Positions 50,506-58,572 are shown, numbered from the stretch's first letter. The stretch: DNA of 64,000 nucleotides from an uncultured virus (IMG/VR IMGVR_UViG_3300030104_006589) (IMGVR_UViG_3300030104_006589:62001-126000), one strand, 5' to 3'. Notes: generated from the sequence alone by a model not told the origin. A program made the numbers and translations.

Positions 50506-50795
50506 CCGTTTATTTTTGGGGCATTGGATATTTTTTCAATTTTGTTTATGAGAATTTTTTTGCTTATCTGAGGAATGAGAAATAGGAGGGGGTGTGCTGT
50601 AGCATTTACGTTTAACGGTTCACAAGAACGTCATTGACAGATTGATAAATACCTCCCCCCGCCGCATTAACGCGAAAAACCGCTAAAAATTTTTGAGAAA
50701 TAGGGGGGCTTGTCAAGTGTTTTTTTTACAGAAAAAAAATGTTTTTTTTGTTTTTTTTACTTGCTTTTTCTGTGAAAGTATGTTATAGTTACTAC

Positions 50796-50996
50796 ATGAA
50801 AATTACAGAAGATCAAATCAACAAGTTCGTAGAAGATAATGACATGATGCCGCTTGGCGGCGATATGTTCGAAGATGCTGGCGGTCATGTCTGGCATGAA
50901 GCCAACATCATGGACGAGATCGAAAGATCTCAGCCTCTTAATAACCTTTTCGGTGATGTCGCGGGTGCGCTTAATAAGCTCACCATAATAAAGTGA
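50796..50996 (+). CDS. small early protein
   Basis: MKITEDQINKF...; ATG 6 nt after TATAGT. Confidence 0.75.
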   Translation: MKITEDQINKFVEDNDMMPLGGDMFEDAGGHVWHEANIMDEIERSQPLNNLFGDVAGALNKLTIIK

Positions 50997-51040
50997 AATA
51001 AAATCTTGCATTAAATCAAAATCTAGACTATAGTTACATC

Positions 51041-51247
51041 ATGACTGACAGCGAAAAGATCACCAAACTAATCGAAGCAAATTCAAGACTACGCGGAGAA
51101 ATCTGCGGGGTATCGGGGCAAGTCTCTGGTATGTCAATGTGGTGCAACGATGCCGAGGCATCCGTATGGCTCAAGAAGGTTGAGGGCAGACTAGACGAAG
51201 CTCTCAAGCAAGACGACAAGGCGGTTTCTAAAATCATCTTCGGATAA
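51041..51247 (+). CDS. small early protein (paralog of 53568..53765)
   Basis: Own promoter; shared GVSG..S....W and LDEA motifs. Confidence 0.75.
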   Translation: MTDSEKITKLIEANSRLRGEICGVSGQVSGMSMWCNDAEASVWLKKVEGRLDEALKQDDKAVSKIIFG

Positions 51248-51299
51248 AATAAATCAAAATAATCCTTGCGTTTAACTCAATAACTGGTATACTACTAAC

Positions 51300-51533
51300 A
51301 TGATAAAGCAATTCAAGAATGACAATGGCGAGATCGTTGACTGCGAAGAGATCGCTACCTGTTACCCATCTCATGCATGGTGGGAACTTAACAAGAAGCA
51401 ACGCCAAGAAGCTGCCGACAAGAACAACAACGGCGAACTCGGCAAGAAGGGACGTTTCTACAACTCAACTAATGGAGTTGAGAAGTGGGTAGACACCGAG
51501 GCAAGGGTATGGTGGTCTGAGGACTGCCGATAA
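51300..51533 (+). CDS. small early protein
   Basis: Own promoter, ATG 6 nt after TATACT. Confidence 0.75.
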   Translation: MIKQFKNDNGEIVDCEEIATCYPSHAWWELNKKQRQEAADKNNNGELGKKGRFYNSTNGVEKWVDTEARVWWSEDCR

Positions 51534-51572
51534 TAATCTAACAAAACAAAAAAACAAACTACTACCATCATC

Positions 51573-51815
51573 ATGAAATCATTCCTTAAATCATACATTG
51601 CACACACACAACTTTCTTTACTGCTTTGCAGTATACTAAACCTTTCGCTTGTAGTCATAGCTATCTGGCTAGGACAAGGCGAGGCACTAGCTAACAGCAT
51701 ACGAGGCTGGCACGGTGGCGATGTTCTAACTGTTATGTTTGGGCTTCCGTTAGTGTGGGGCTTCATTAGTGCAGTGTTAGACACAGGCATCAATATCTTT
51801 CATCAGAAATTCTAA
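51573..51815 (+). CDS. small membrane protein
   Basis: Two hydrophobic helices. Confidence 0.65.
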   Translation: MKSFLKSYIAHTQLSLLLCSILNLSLVVIAIWLGQGEALANSIRGWHGGDVLTVMFGLPLVWGFISAVLDTGINIFHQKF

Positions 51816-51828
51816 CAAAACAACAACC

Positions 51829-51948
51829 ATGGACAAGCGAGCACAATCCAAACACCGCAAGCAACTGAAGCGCAACCGCAAGAATAAAATCATTCGGATG
51901 CAGAAGGTTGCCGAGAAGCGCAGAGAAAAACTTCAAAAAACAACTTGA
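51829..51948 (+). CDS. 39-aa highly basic peptide
   Basis: MDKRAQSKHRKQLKRNRKNKIIRMQKVAEKRREKLQKTT*; below the ORF-track cutoff. Confidence 0.55.
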   Translation: MDKRAQSKHRKQLKRNRKNKIIRMQKVAEKRREKLQKTT

Positions 51949-51981
51949 CAGGTAGTAGAGTTAAGAGTAAGTAAAAACCCT

Positions 51982-52061
51982 CGTAACTCGTTGGTCATCA
52001 ACGAGTTACGCAGGGCGGGCGATCCCGCGCTCCGTAAGTCGTTAACAGTCAACGAGTTACA
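51982..52061. repeat. double-palindrome element copy 1
   Basis: CGTAACTCGTTG-GTCAT-CAACGAGTTACG, 22-bp GC spacer, CGTAAGTCGTTA-ACAGT-CAACGAGTTACA. Confidence 0.95.
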
Positions 52062-52141
52062 CAGCTTAACACGCAGAAAAAAAATACAATAAAAACACAA
52101 AAAGAACTTGACTTTTATCTCAGCCTGTGGTATAGTTAGCC

Positions 52142-52369
52142 ATGCTTACTTCATATGACCTTTGTGTTTCCGCTGTCCGTTTCATCCGCTTCGACGTTTC
52201 TAAGGCTCATCGCTACGCGATGCTTGTCGATGCCTTCGATGGCGTTGCTGATGTCGATAATCACACCATTCAAAAGGTGTTGTTGTTGGCATACGATGCC
52301 CGCGATGCGGGTGACGACATCCGCGACTTTCGCGGCACTTGCGAGTTCATCCACAGGATGGCTTGCTAA
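52142..52369 (+). CDS. small early protein (paralog of 53815..54129)
   Basis: Own promoter; DIRDFRGTCE motif. Confidence 0.75.
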   Translation: MLTSYDLCVSAVRFIRFDVSKAHRYAMLVDAFDGVADVDNHTIQKVLLLAYDARDAGDDIRDFRGTCEFIHRMAC

Positions 52370-52426
52370 GTGAAAAAAAACGAAAATAAATCTTGCTTTT
52401 ATCTCAAATTCGACTATACTACTACT

Positions 52427-52720
52427 ATGACAAATCAGGAAGCTTACAACCACGGTTACAACGGCACTCTCACCCTCGACGAGCTTATGGCTCAGTTTGA
52501 GGCTCCCGCCTGTCACGCATACGATGAGCCGCCGCAGTTCTCTGCGTGGCGGTCAGGGGCGCAGGATGCCGCATATGATGCGGAGTCTGATGCCACCGAG
52601 TGCGACATGGAGCCTGATGACTTCATGACTGACGGCGAGGCTGATGCCGATGCCCTCGCCTCCGCTGGCTATGGCACGGATGAGGATTATGGCTTCTATG
52701 GCGACGAGTGTTTCGCGTAA
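52427..52720 (+). CDS. small, very acidic early protein
   Basis: MTNQEAYNHG...DADALASAGYGTDEDYG; ATG 6 nt after TATACT. Confidence 0.78.
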   Translation: MTNQEAYNHGYNGTLTLDELMAQFEAPACHAYDEPPQFSAWRSGAQDAAYDAESDATECDMEPDDFMTDGEADADALASAGYGTDEDYGFYGDECFA

Positions 52721-52727
52721 GAAGCGC

Positions 52728-52807
52728 CGTAACTACCTAAGCCTCAACAAGTTACGGAGCGCGGGCCAGCCCGCCCCGCGTAAGTCGTTGACACTCAACA
52801 GGTTACG
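52728..52807. repeat. double-palindrome element copy 2
   Basis: CGTAACTACCTA-AGCCT-CAACAAGTTACG, 22-bp spacer, CGTAAGTCGTTG-ACACT-CAACAGGTTACG. Confidence 0.95.
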
Positions 52808-52922
52808 CAAGTTCTTACAAAAAACCTTGTCAAGTAAAAAGTGAAAAAAAATCACAATAAAAAAAGAAAAAAAAAGATAAAAAGCCCTTGACTTTTGTTT
52901 GATTGTGTGGTATAGTTACCAC

Positions 52923-53192
52923 ATGAAAATGATTAACTTTCCTACTCTTATCGCTGATGCCCTTCGTAACGCTCCACGCTACGCGCATGAGGATGCCCCT
53001 CTGTTGGTCGCTCAACTTGTGCGCGACTTCCCTATCATTCGCCCCGATGTAGTCGAAGAGGTTGTGAGCATGGCTTGCGACATGATCGGCAACTCTAACT
53101 TTCGGGCTAACCTTGAGCTTGAGCGCAACCCCGATGTGATGAGCATCATGCACATCTGCATGATAAAGCACAACGGTAGCGTTGAGTGCTAA
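52923..53192 (+). CDS. small early protein
   Basis: MKMINFPTL...; own promoter. Confidence 0.72.
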   Translation: MKMINFPTLIADALRNAPRYAHEDAPLLVAQLVRDFPIIRPDVVEEVVSMACDMIGNSNFRANLELERNPDVMSIMHICMIKHNGSVEC

Positions 53193-53254
53193 AAAAAGAA
53201 AAATAAATCATCTTTTCTCTTTACTTTACCCTAAATCTATCGTATACTACCAGC

Positions 53255-53506
53255 ATGACAGTTAAGAAAGACCGCCCCTACTACGTTATCCTTACAGGTG
53301 AGATCGCCAAGCCCGTTGTGTTTGGTGGTAGCCACAACCTGCGTTTTAGCGAGCGCATAATGAAAAACCCGCTCGCCTTCCCCAAGGGAGCATGGAAGAC
53401 CATGATCACTTTCCCTAACGAGGAAGCCGCTTATGCATCAGAGTATAAGCAGGGTCTTGAGATCGCAAACGGTCGCTTTGAATGGCGACCTCTCAGCAGG
53501 GGATAA
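53255..53506 (+). CDS. small early protein
   Basis: Own promoter, ATG 6 nt after TATACT. Confidence 0.72.
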   Translation: MTVKKDRPYYVILTGEIAKPVVFGGSHNLRFSERIMKNPLAFPKGAWKTMITFPNEEAAYASEYKQGLEIANGRFEWRPLSRG

Positions 53507-53567
53507 AAAAAGAAAAAAAAGCATCTTTTCTCTTGCAATAATTCAAATCATAGAGTATAGTTACATC

Positions 53568-53765
53568 ATGACAGAACAAGAACAAATCGACCAACTCAAA
53601 GACCAAATCTTTAAACTCCAAATGGTAATGAAAGGAGTTTCAGGCATCGCCTCCGCAGGTGCTTCATGGCAGGAAACCTCTGGCTTTAACAAGCAGACCT
53701 TCAAAAGAATCGAGAGCCAACTTGATGAAGCAGTCGAGGAAATCAACATGACCCCGACCCCATAA
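53568..53765 (+). CDS. small early protein (paralog of 51041..51247)
   Basis: MTEQEQIDQL...GVSGIASAGASW...LDEA; own promoter. Confidence 0.75.
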   Translation: MTEQEQIDQLKDQIFKLQMVMKGVSGIASAGASWQETSGFNKQTFKRIESQLDEAVEEINMTPTP

Positions 53766-53814
53766 AACCAAAAATAAATCTTGCGTTTATCTCAATCTCT
53801 ACTATACTAAAATC

Positions 53815-54129
53815 ATGACAGTTAAAAAACCAGCATTCATCTACTCCGTAATCGTTGAAGTTCTCAAGGCGGCTCGCACTGGTGAGCAGTCGGCTCATAT
53901 AGAACTAGAAACAGTTGACAGCTACACAGCCGCCGTCATTCTCGATATGTGTAACTCCGCAACCGCTGACGCTAGCGATATCCACGACTTCCGTGGAGTC
54001 TGCGAGAACATACTGAAAACAGTCTTGCGCTTGCGTAGGGACACCCGCCCAGACATTCACCCGCTCTGCCGTGCCAATCTCATGAAAGAGGACTTGATGA
54101 TCTCCACCGACGACCTGACCGTGGCGTAA
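53815..54129 (+). CDS. small early protein (paralog of 52142..52369)
   Basis: DIHDFRGVCE motif; own promoter. Confidence 0.75.
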   Translation: MTVKKPAFIYSVIVEVLKAARTGEQSAHIELETVDSYTAAVILDMCNSATADASDIHDFRGVCENILKTVLRLRRDTRPDIHPLCRANLMKEDLMISTDDLTVA

Positions 54130-54155
54130 AAAAAAAGAAAAAAACCGCTTGACAG

Positions 54156-54235
54156 CGTAACTCCTTGACGCTTAAGGACTTACGCAGCGCGGGCCTCCCC
54201 GCGCCGCGTAACTCGTTGATACTCAACGACTTACG
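54156..54235. repeat. double-palindrome element copy 3
   Basis: CGTAACTCCTTG-ACGCT-TAAGGACTTACG, 22-bp spacer, CGTAACTCGTTG-ATACT-CAACGACTTACG. Confidence 0.95.
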
Positions 54236-54336
54236 ATACTTACTACTCTATTTACCTATTTATATTCTGACCTGCGACCTGCAAAAAAAAACAAAAAAAG
54301 CCTTGCGTTTCCTCCAGCCTGTGGTATAGTTACACC

Positions 54337-54489
54337 ATGACAATCGAAGAGCTAGCAAAGCAAGACCCCCGCGAAATGTTCACCCACGACCCCCGTGAGC
54401 TTCAGGAGTTGCTCGCGGAGGTTCACGATGAGTTGGGGGATCGCCACCCCAGTTTCTCCACCGACAACGACCAACCTACTACCGACTAA
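54337..54489 (+). CDS. 50-aa acidic peptide (duplicate of 55823..55975)
   Basis: MTIEELAKQDPREMFTHDPRELQELLAEVHDELGDRHPSFSTDNDQPTTD*. Confidence 0.8.
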   Translation: MTIEELAKQDPREMFTHDPRELQELLAEVHDELGDRHPSFSTDNDQPTTD

Positions 54490-54493
54490 AATC

Positions 54494-54733
54494 ATGAGCC
54501 AGAACAACATCTATAAGATGACAGAAATCGAGCACCAGCAGAACCCGCCTTCGTGCGGGGGCAACTGGGAGTATGGGTCTGTGACCCGTGTGTGTATGTC
54601 GCGCTCGCCCAAGGTGGCGTTTGCGATGAGTGGCGACATCACCGTGCGCTATGAGGGCGTGGACGGTGTGCCTATCATGCGCGAGCGGGTGTTCACCAAG
54701 GGCGGAAAAGAGATCTGGCGCAAATACGACTAG
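54494..54733 (+). CDS. small early protein
   Basis: MSQNNIYKMTEIEH...WRKYD*, begins just after the previous stop. Confidence 0.7.
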   Translation: MSQNNIYKMTEIEHQQNPPSCGGNWEYGSVTRVCMSRSPKVAFAMSGDITVRYEGVDGVPIMRERVFTKGGKEIWRKYD

Positions 54734-54749
54734 GCCGCGTAATAACCCG

Positions 54750-54829
54750 CGTAACTCACTAAGCGTCAACGAGTTACGCAGCGCGGGCCAGCCCCTCCTC
54801 CGTAAGTCGTTGATACTCAACGACTTATA
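54750..54829. repeat. double-palindrome element copy 4
   Basis: CGTAACTCACTA-AGCGT-CAACGAGTTACG, 22-bp spacer, CGTAAGTCGTTG-ATACT-CAACGACTTATA. Confidence 0.95.
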
Positions 54830-54933
54830 CTAGTTTACCTTTCTATTTGTCTATTTATATCCTGACCTACAGTCTAGAAAAAAAAAGAATAAAAAATGCT
54901 TGCAAGTTTCTAAATCTGTGGTATACTACCCTT

Positions 54934-55149
54934 ATGATAAATCGAAAAGACCAAATCCACGCCACACTTTACAACGCCGCCATTGACGGTGCTTTCTCTC
55001 TCTCTGTCGAAGATGGAGAGATTGTTGCTACTGACCTCTTGTGGGCTAACGCCGCCGACAAACCACCTAAGTTTGTTATCCGCTTTGTAGGTAGTGACAT
55101 CTCTGATGTAGATGTCGAGATTGATAACGGAGTTAGAATGGGAGCATAG
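54934..55149 (+). CDS. small early protein
   Basis: MINRKDQIHATL...; own promoter. Confidence 0.72.
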   Translation: MINRKDQIHATLYNAAIDGAFSLSVEDGEIVATDLLWANAADKPPKFVIRFVGSDISDVDVEIDNGVRMGA

Positions 55150-55151
55150 TT

Positions 55152-55457
55152 ATGAAAACAGACAATAAGCAAAAAGAAGAAGTTACTTTGGAGCGCAGGA
55201 TCTGTGATCGCTGTAGAGATGTTGATGGATTAACCTTCGGTTACATCGGTAACTTTGAACGCTGGGGCGATGACCGAAAGCTTTTCATCTGGATTGATGA
55301 AGACGACATGAGAGAGAGGAATGGTAATCACGCTAATCTCTGGGAGTGTGTTGCTCGCGATCTTGATGTGAAATCTGCCTGTCTTGCTTTTGCGGCAATC
55401 AAAGGTTTTCAAATGGGTAAAACTTATGCTGATATCAAAATCAACAAGAAGTTCTAA
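55152..55457 (+). CDS. hypothetical protein
   Basis: 101-aa ORF coupled to the previous gene. Confidence 0.7.
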   Translation: MKTDNKQKEEVTLERRICDRCRDVDGLTFGYIGNFERWGDDRKLFIWIDEDDMRERNGNHANLWECVARDLDVKSACLAFAAIKGFQMGKTYADIKINKKF

Positions 55458-55524
55458 TGATTGAAATAATAATAGCACCAATCTTTTCTTTTCTTTTCCC
55501 TATAATAATAGCTATAATAATCTT

Positions 55525-55689
55525 ATGCATGAACCGATAACAGAACTACAAAGAGAACTAGGCGACCTTGAGAGAAACATCAGGTTTCTTCAACCAGATA
55601 AAATGAGGTGGACTCATAACCGCAAAGCACTAATTGATCAATTAGACTGGATAAAAGAACTAGCTCGCAGAATAAGGGACTCTAAGTAA
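55525..55689 (+). CDS. 54-aa hypothetical peptide
   Basis: MHEPITELQRELGDLERNIRFLQ...RIRDSK*; ATG 6 nt after TATAAT; stop inside element copy 5. Confidence 0.6.
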   Translation: MHEPITELQRELGDLERNIRFLQPDKMRWTHNRKALIDQLDWIKELARRIRDSK

Positions 55690-55759
55690 CTGATACTTAA
55701 CGACTTACAGGAGCGCCCCCGCCCCGCGCCCGTAACTCGTTGAGCGTCAACAACTTACG
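55681..55759. repeat. double-palindrome element copy 5
   Basis: TCTAAGTAACTG-ATACT-TAACGACTTACA, 21-bp spacer, CGTAACTCGTTG-AGCGT-CAACAACTTACG. Confidence 0.93.
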
Positions 55760-55822
55760 AAGAATCGTAAAAAAACATAAAAAAGCTCTTGCGATTTCTC
55801 CAGCCTGTGGTATAGTTCCACT

Positions 55823-55975
55823 ATGACAATCGACGAGCTAGCAAAGCAAGATCCCCGCGAGATTTTCGACCACGACCCTCGCGAAATTCAAGAACTCCTC
55901 GCGGAAGTCCACGCGGATCTGGGCGACCGCGATCCACGTTTCTCCACCGACGAAGATCAACTCCCTACTGACTAA
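55823..55975 (+). CDS. 50-aa acidic peptide (duplicate of 54337..54489)
   Basis: MTIDELAKQDPREIFDHDPREIQELLAEVHADLGDRDPRFSTDEDQLPTD*. Confidence 0.8.
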   Translation: MTIDELAKQDPREIFDHDPREIQELLAEVHADLGDRDPRFSTDEDQLPTD

Positions 55976-55980
55976 AAATT

Positions 55981-56196
55981 ATGGAATGGAAACCTACACC
56001 TACGCCAAAAGCTCCCGCTATCGAGGGCTTTCTCACTGCCATTAACGGCATTCACCGCTGCGATGCTATCGAGCGGAAGACTTGCGCCACTTGTGGCGCG
56101 AGTGTCACCCTCGACTCGTTCAAGGACGAGTTGAGCCTGAAGGAGTTCCACATTTCGGCCATGTGCCAGACTTGTCAGGACTCGGTTTTCGGGTAA
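55981..56196 (+). CDS. small zinc-binding protein
   Basis: CATCG...SFKDELSLKEFHISAMCQTCQDSVFG. Confidence 0.75.
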   Translation: MEWKPTPTPKAPAIEGFLTAINGIHRCDAIERKTCATCGASVTLDSFKDELSLKEFHISAMCQTCQDSVFG

Positions 56197-56200
56197 CCCG

Positions 56201-56279
56201 CATAACTTGCTAAGTCTTAAGGACTTACGCAAGCGCGGCGGGGGCGCAGCCGTAACTCGTTGAGAATCAACGAGTTATG
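56201..56279. repeat. double-palindrome element copy 6
   Basis: CATAACTTGCTA-AGTCT-TAAGGACTTACG, 21-bp spacer, CGTAACTCGTTG-AGAAT-CAACGAGTTATG. Confidence 0.93.
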
Positions 56280-56464
56280 AAGGAAGTGAAAAAAAATGAA
56301 TTTTAATGCAGAAAGTGCTTGCTTATTTGTCGAAATGCTGTATAATGTGGCTCGTAACAAGTTAACCAACCTACACACCAACCATGCCACTGAACTTCCT
56401 TAGAAAGAAAAAAAAGACAATAAATTCACTTGCAATCCCTGTGAATTCGATTATAGTTAAGCCT

Positions 56465-56755
56465 ATGCAAATACAACGCCCAACACAAGACAGAGAGCTT
56501 CGGCTCTTCCCTCAAAACCCCGTCCATCTCGCATCTAACCTTACAGGTAAAACTGTTCGGTATGAGAACTTTCACAACAAGTCCTCCGTTGCTGATCCCA
56601 AGGTTCGCACCTTCAAGATCAAATCCATCGAGGATGTTTGCAAGTCCGAGGCAAGCGGTAGCAGATATGTAACCGCAAAAGTCCAAGACGTTGATGACGG
56701 AGGGACTGAGAAATACAGAAATCTTATCCTTGACGGGATTGAGGTGATCGTGTAG
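56465..56755 (+). CDS. small early protein
   Basis: MQIQRPTQDREL...; promoter TTGCAA-16-TATAGT just upstream. Confidence 0.7.
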   Translation: MQIQRPTQDRELRLFPQNPVHLASNLTGKTVRYENFHNKSSVADPKVRTFKIKSIEDVCKSEASGSRYVTAKVQDVDDGGTEKYRNLILDGIEVIV

Positions 56756-56865
56756 GTTACCCCACAACAGGGGAGCGAGGGGAGGAAAGCCCCAACGGAG
56801 TGCTACCACCCTCGTTCCCCAACTTTTTCCTTTACAAATAATAAACAACATACTAAATTAGCATC

Positions 56866-57087
56866 ATGTCTAAATCATCTGAATCACTTCGCATTGAAGT
56901 CAAAACACAGGAACAAGCTGCATTGCTTAACTATGCACTTGGAATCACCCATCAACACCTTTCAAGCCGTCTTGAGGAGGTCGAAGATGACAAGCTCGAC
57001 ACCTTCATGGATAACATTAAGTGGACACGCAAACACGCAAAGTCTCTTAATGACAAGTTTTCTCTTAGTGAGTTACAGAATTCCTAG
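56866..57087 (+). CDS. small early protein
   Basis: 73 aa; promoter TTTACA-17-TAAATT. Confidence 0.7.
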   Translation: MSKSSESLRIEVKTQEQAALLNYALGITHQHLSSRLEEVEDDKLDTFMDNIKWTRKHAKSLNDKFSLSELQNS

Positions 57088-57094
57088 CTTTCTA

Positions 57095-57480
57095 GAAAAG
57101 GTCGCGCATTGGCGGGGGCAGAACCGCAAAGCGATACAGGATAACCTGAAGCCCTTCGACCTCCAACAAACAAAATTGTTGGTTAAAAAGCCAATCACTG
57201 CAATAGGGTGCAGCCTAAAATCCCCTAATAACAACAACCCCGTGAATTGTCTGTGACTAGCGGGGGGCTAAACACACAGACGCTCCCAGTGGTGGGCAAT
57301 ACCGCTAGGTGGTAACAGTGACCAGACCCTTAATTGACTGGCACTCGTCAACAAGCCGACTCTCTCCCGCCACGCTTTACTAGTCAGCCTCTGACGGGAG
57401 GGAGATACCACTTTCTTTGCTGATGCGTAGTAGCCCCGCTCCCCTTTTTGTTTGCTTATTGTTTTAAGGGGGGCGGGGTT
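57095..57480 (+). ncRNA. candidate structured ncRNA with pseudoknots
   Basis: GC-rich intergenic stretch with many complementary segments (see findings); directly upstream of a tRNA. Confidence 0.5.
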
Positions 57481-57488
57481 TCGCTTTG

Positions 57489-57564
57489 GGGAGTGTAGCT
57501 CAATGGTCAGAGCACACGACTCATAATCGTTAGGTTGCGGGTTCGAATCCCGCCGCTCCCACCA
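57489..57564 (+). tRNA. tRNA with CAT anticodon (Ile2 or elongator Met)
   Basis: GGGAGTG/CGCTCCC acceptor, anticodon loop CTCATAA, GGTTCGAATCC T-arm, encoded CCA; 76 nt. Confidence 0.92.
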
Positions 57565-57641
57565 CAACTCATTGATACTGAAGGACTTAGGGCTGCGCCC
57601 CCGCCGCGCAGCCGTAACTCGTTGAGAATCAACGAGTTATG
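57563..57641. repeat. double-palindrome element copy 7 (abuts tRNA CCA)
   Basis: CACAACTCATTG-ATACT-GAAGGACTTAGG, 21-bp spacer, CGTAACTCGTTG-AGAAT-CAACGAGTTATG. Confidence 0.93.
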
Positions 57642-57746
57642 AAGGAAAATCATGCACACTTTCCTAGCCCTGTCAAGCAGAAAAAAAAATAAAAGAAAAA
57701 GCAAAAAAAGGGTTGCACAAAATGAAATCTGTGGTATAGTTCTTGC

Positions 57747-58511
57747 ATGTTGATACTCGCTAAAAACAAAGTCGAGTCCGAGCAGTTGGCCGAGGTGCCG
57801 ACTCCTTCCGCTACGGACACTCACACTCCAATTCCTCACGCGCTTCTCGCTGATCGCACTCGCAACGTCATTGCGACCGCTGGTCTTGAGATCACTCAAG
57901 AGGAACACGCGCTTGCGCGTAATGGCCTTCGCTACTTCGGAGGGTTCGCCCTGAAGGGACAAGGCATCGAGGGCGATGATCGCCAGTTGGTGCTTGGTCT
58001 TCGCAACGCACACGATAAGTCCTTCGCGGCTTCCGTCTGCATCGGCAACCAAATGATGGTTTGCGAAAACCTTTGCTTCTCTTCGGATGTGAAGCTCGCT
58101 CGCCGTCACACGGTGAATATCCTTCGCGACCTTAACACGGTTCTTTCTTCCGCTGTTAGTCGCGTTGTGTCTCACTGGCACGACATGGGCAAGCGCATCG
58201 CCTCCTACAAGGAGACGGAGCTTTCCAAGGAACGTGCTTCCGATCTGGTCGTTGACCTTGCGGAGATGGGTGCGTTTCCCGCTCGCTCCGTTTACAAGGC
58301 GGTGCAAGAGTTCCGCAACCCTCGCCATGAGGAGTTCAAGGGCGGTTCGCTCTGGACGCTTTACAACGGGGTGACCGAACACCTCAAGGGTGGCGACCTT
58401 TCCAAGTTGCCACAGCGCACGATGACCACTCAGTCTATCTTCGACAAGATCGCGGGACACGCTCCTGAGATCGTCGAAGTTGAAGCCGAGGCGGTCGCGC
58501 TTCCCGCTTAA
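57747..58511 (+). CDS. DUF932-like protein
   Basis: TDTHTPIPH, LGLRNAHDKSF, MVCENLCF, RRHT, SLWTLYNGVTE. Confidence 0.8.
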   Translation: MLILAKNKVESEQLAEVPTPSATDTHTPIPHALLADRTRNVIATAGLEITQEEHALARNGLRYFGGFALKGQGIEGDDRQLVLGLRNAHDKSFAASVCIGNQMMVCENLCFSSDVKLARRHTVNILRDLNTVLSSAVSRVVSHWHDMGKRIASYKETELSKERASDLVVDLAEMGAFPARSVYKAVQEFRNPRHEEFKGGSLWTLYNGVTEHLKGGDLSKLPQRTMTTQSIFDKIAGHAPEIVEVEAEAVALPA

Positions 58512-58540
58512 CCCATAACTGGCCCTGCCGTTAACCTACC

Positions 58541-58572
58541 AAGCCCGTCCCCGAAAGGGGGCGGGTTTTTTT
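58541..58572 (+). terminator. intrinsic terminator
   Basis: GCCCGTCCCC-GAAA-GGGGGCGGGT followed by a T run. Confidence 0.85.

Noticed and set aside
56770..56820. GAGGAAAGCCCC hairpin resembling RNase P or SRP motifs
   Set aside because: Only about 50 nt and lacks the other conserved elements; more likely a terminator or processing hairpin.
57095..57480. tmRNA or RNase P RNA
   Set aside because: There are pseudoknots and a GCAGCCTAA, but no tRNA-like ends or T-arm, the frame ending GCA GCC TAA is interrupted by TAG, and the RNase P conserved regions are not found.
57507..58460. 317-aa minus-strand ORF
   Set aside because: Antisense to the DUF932-like gene and runs across element copy 7 and the tRNA; no recognisable motifs.
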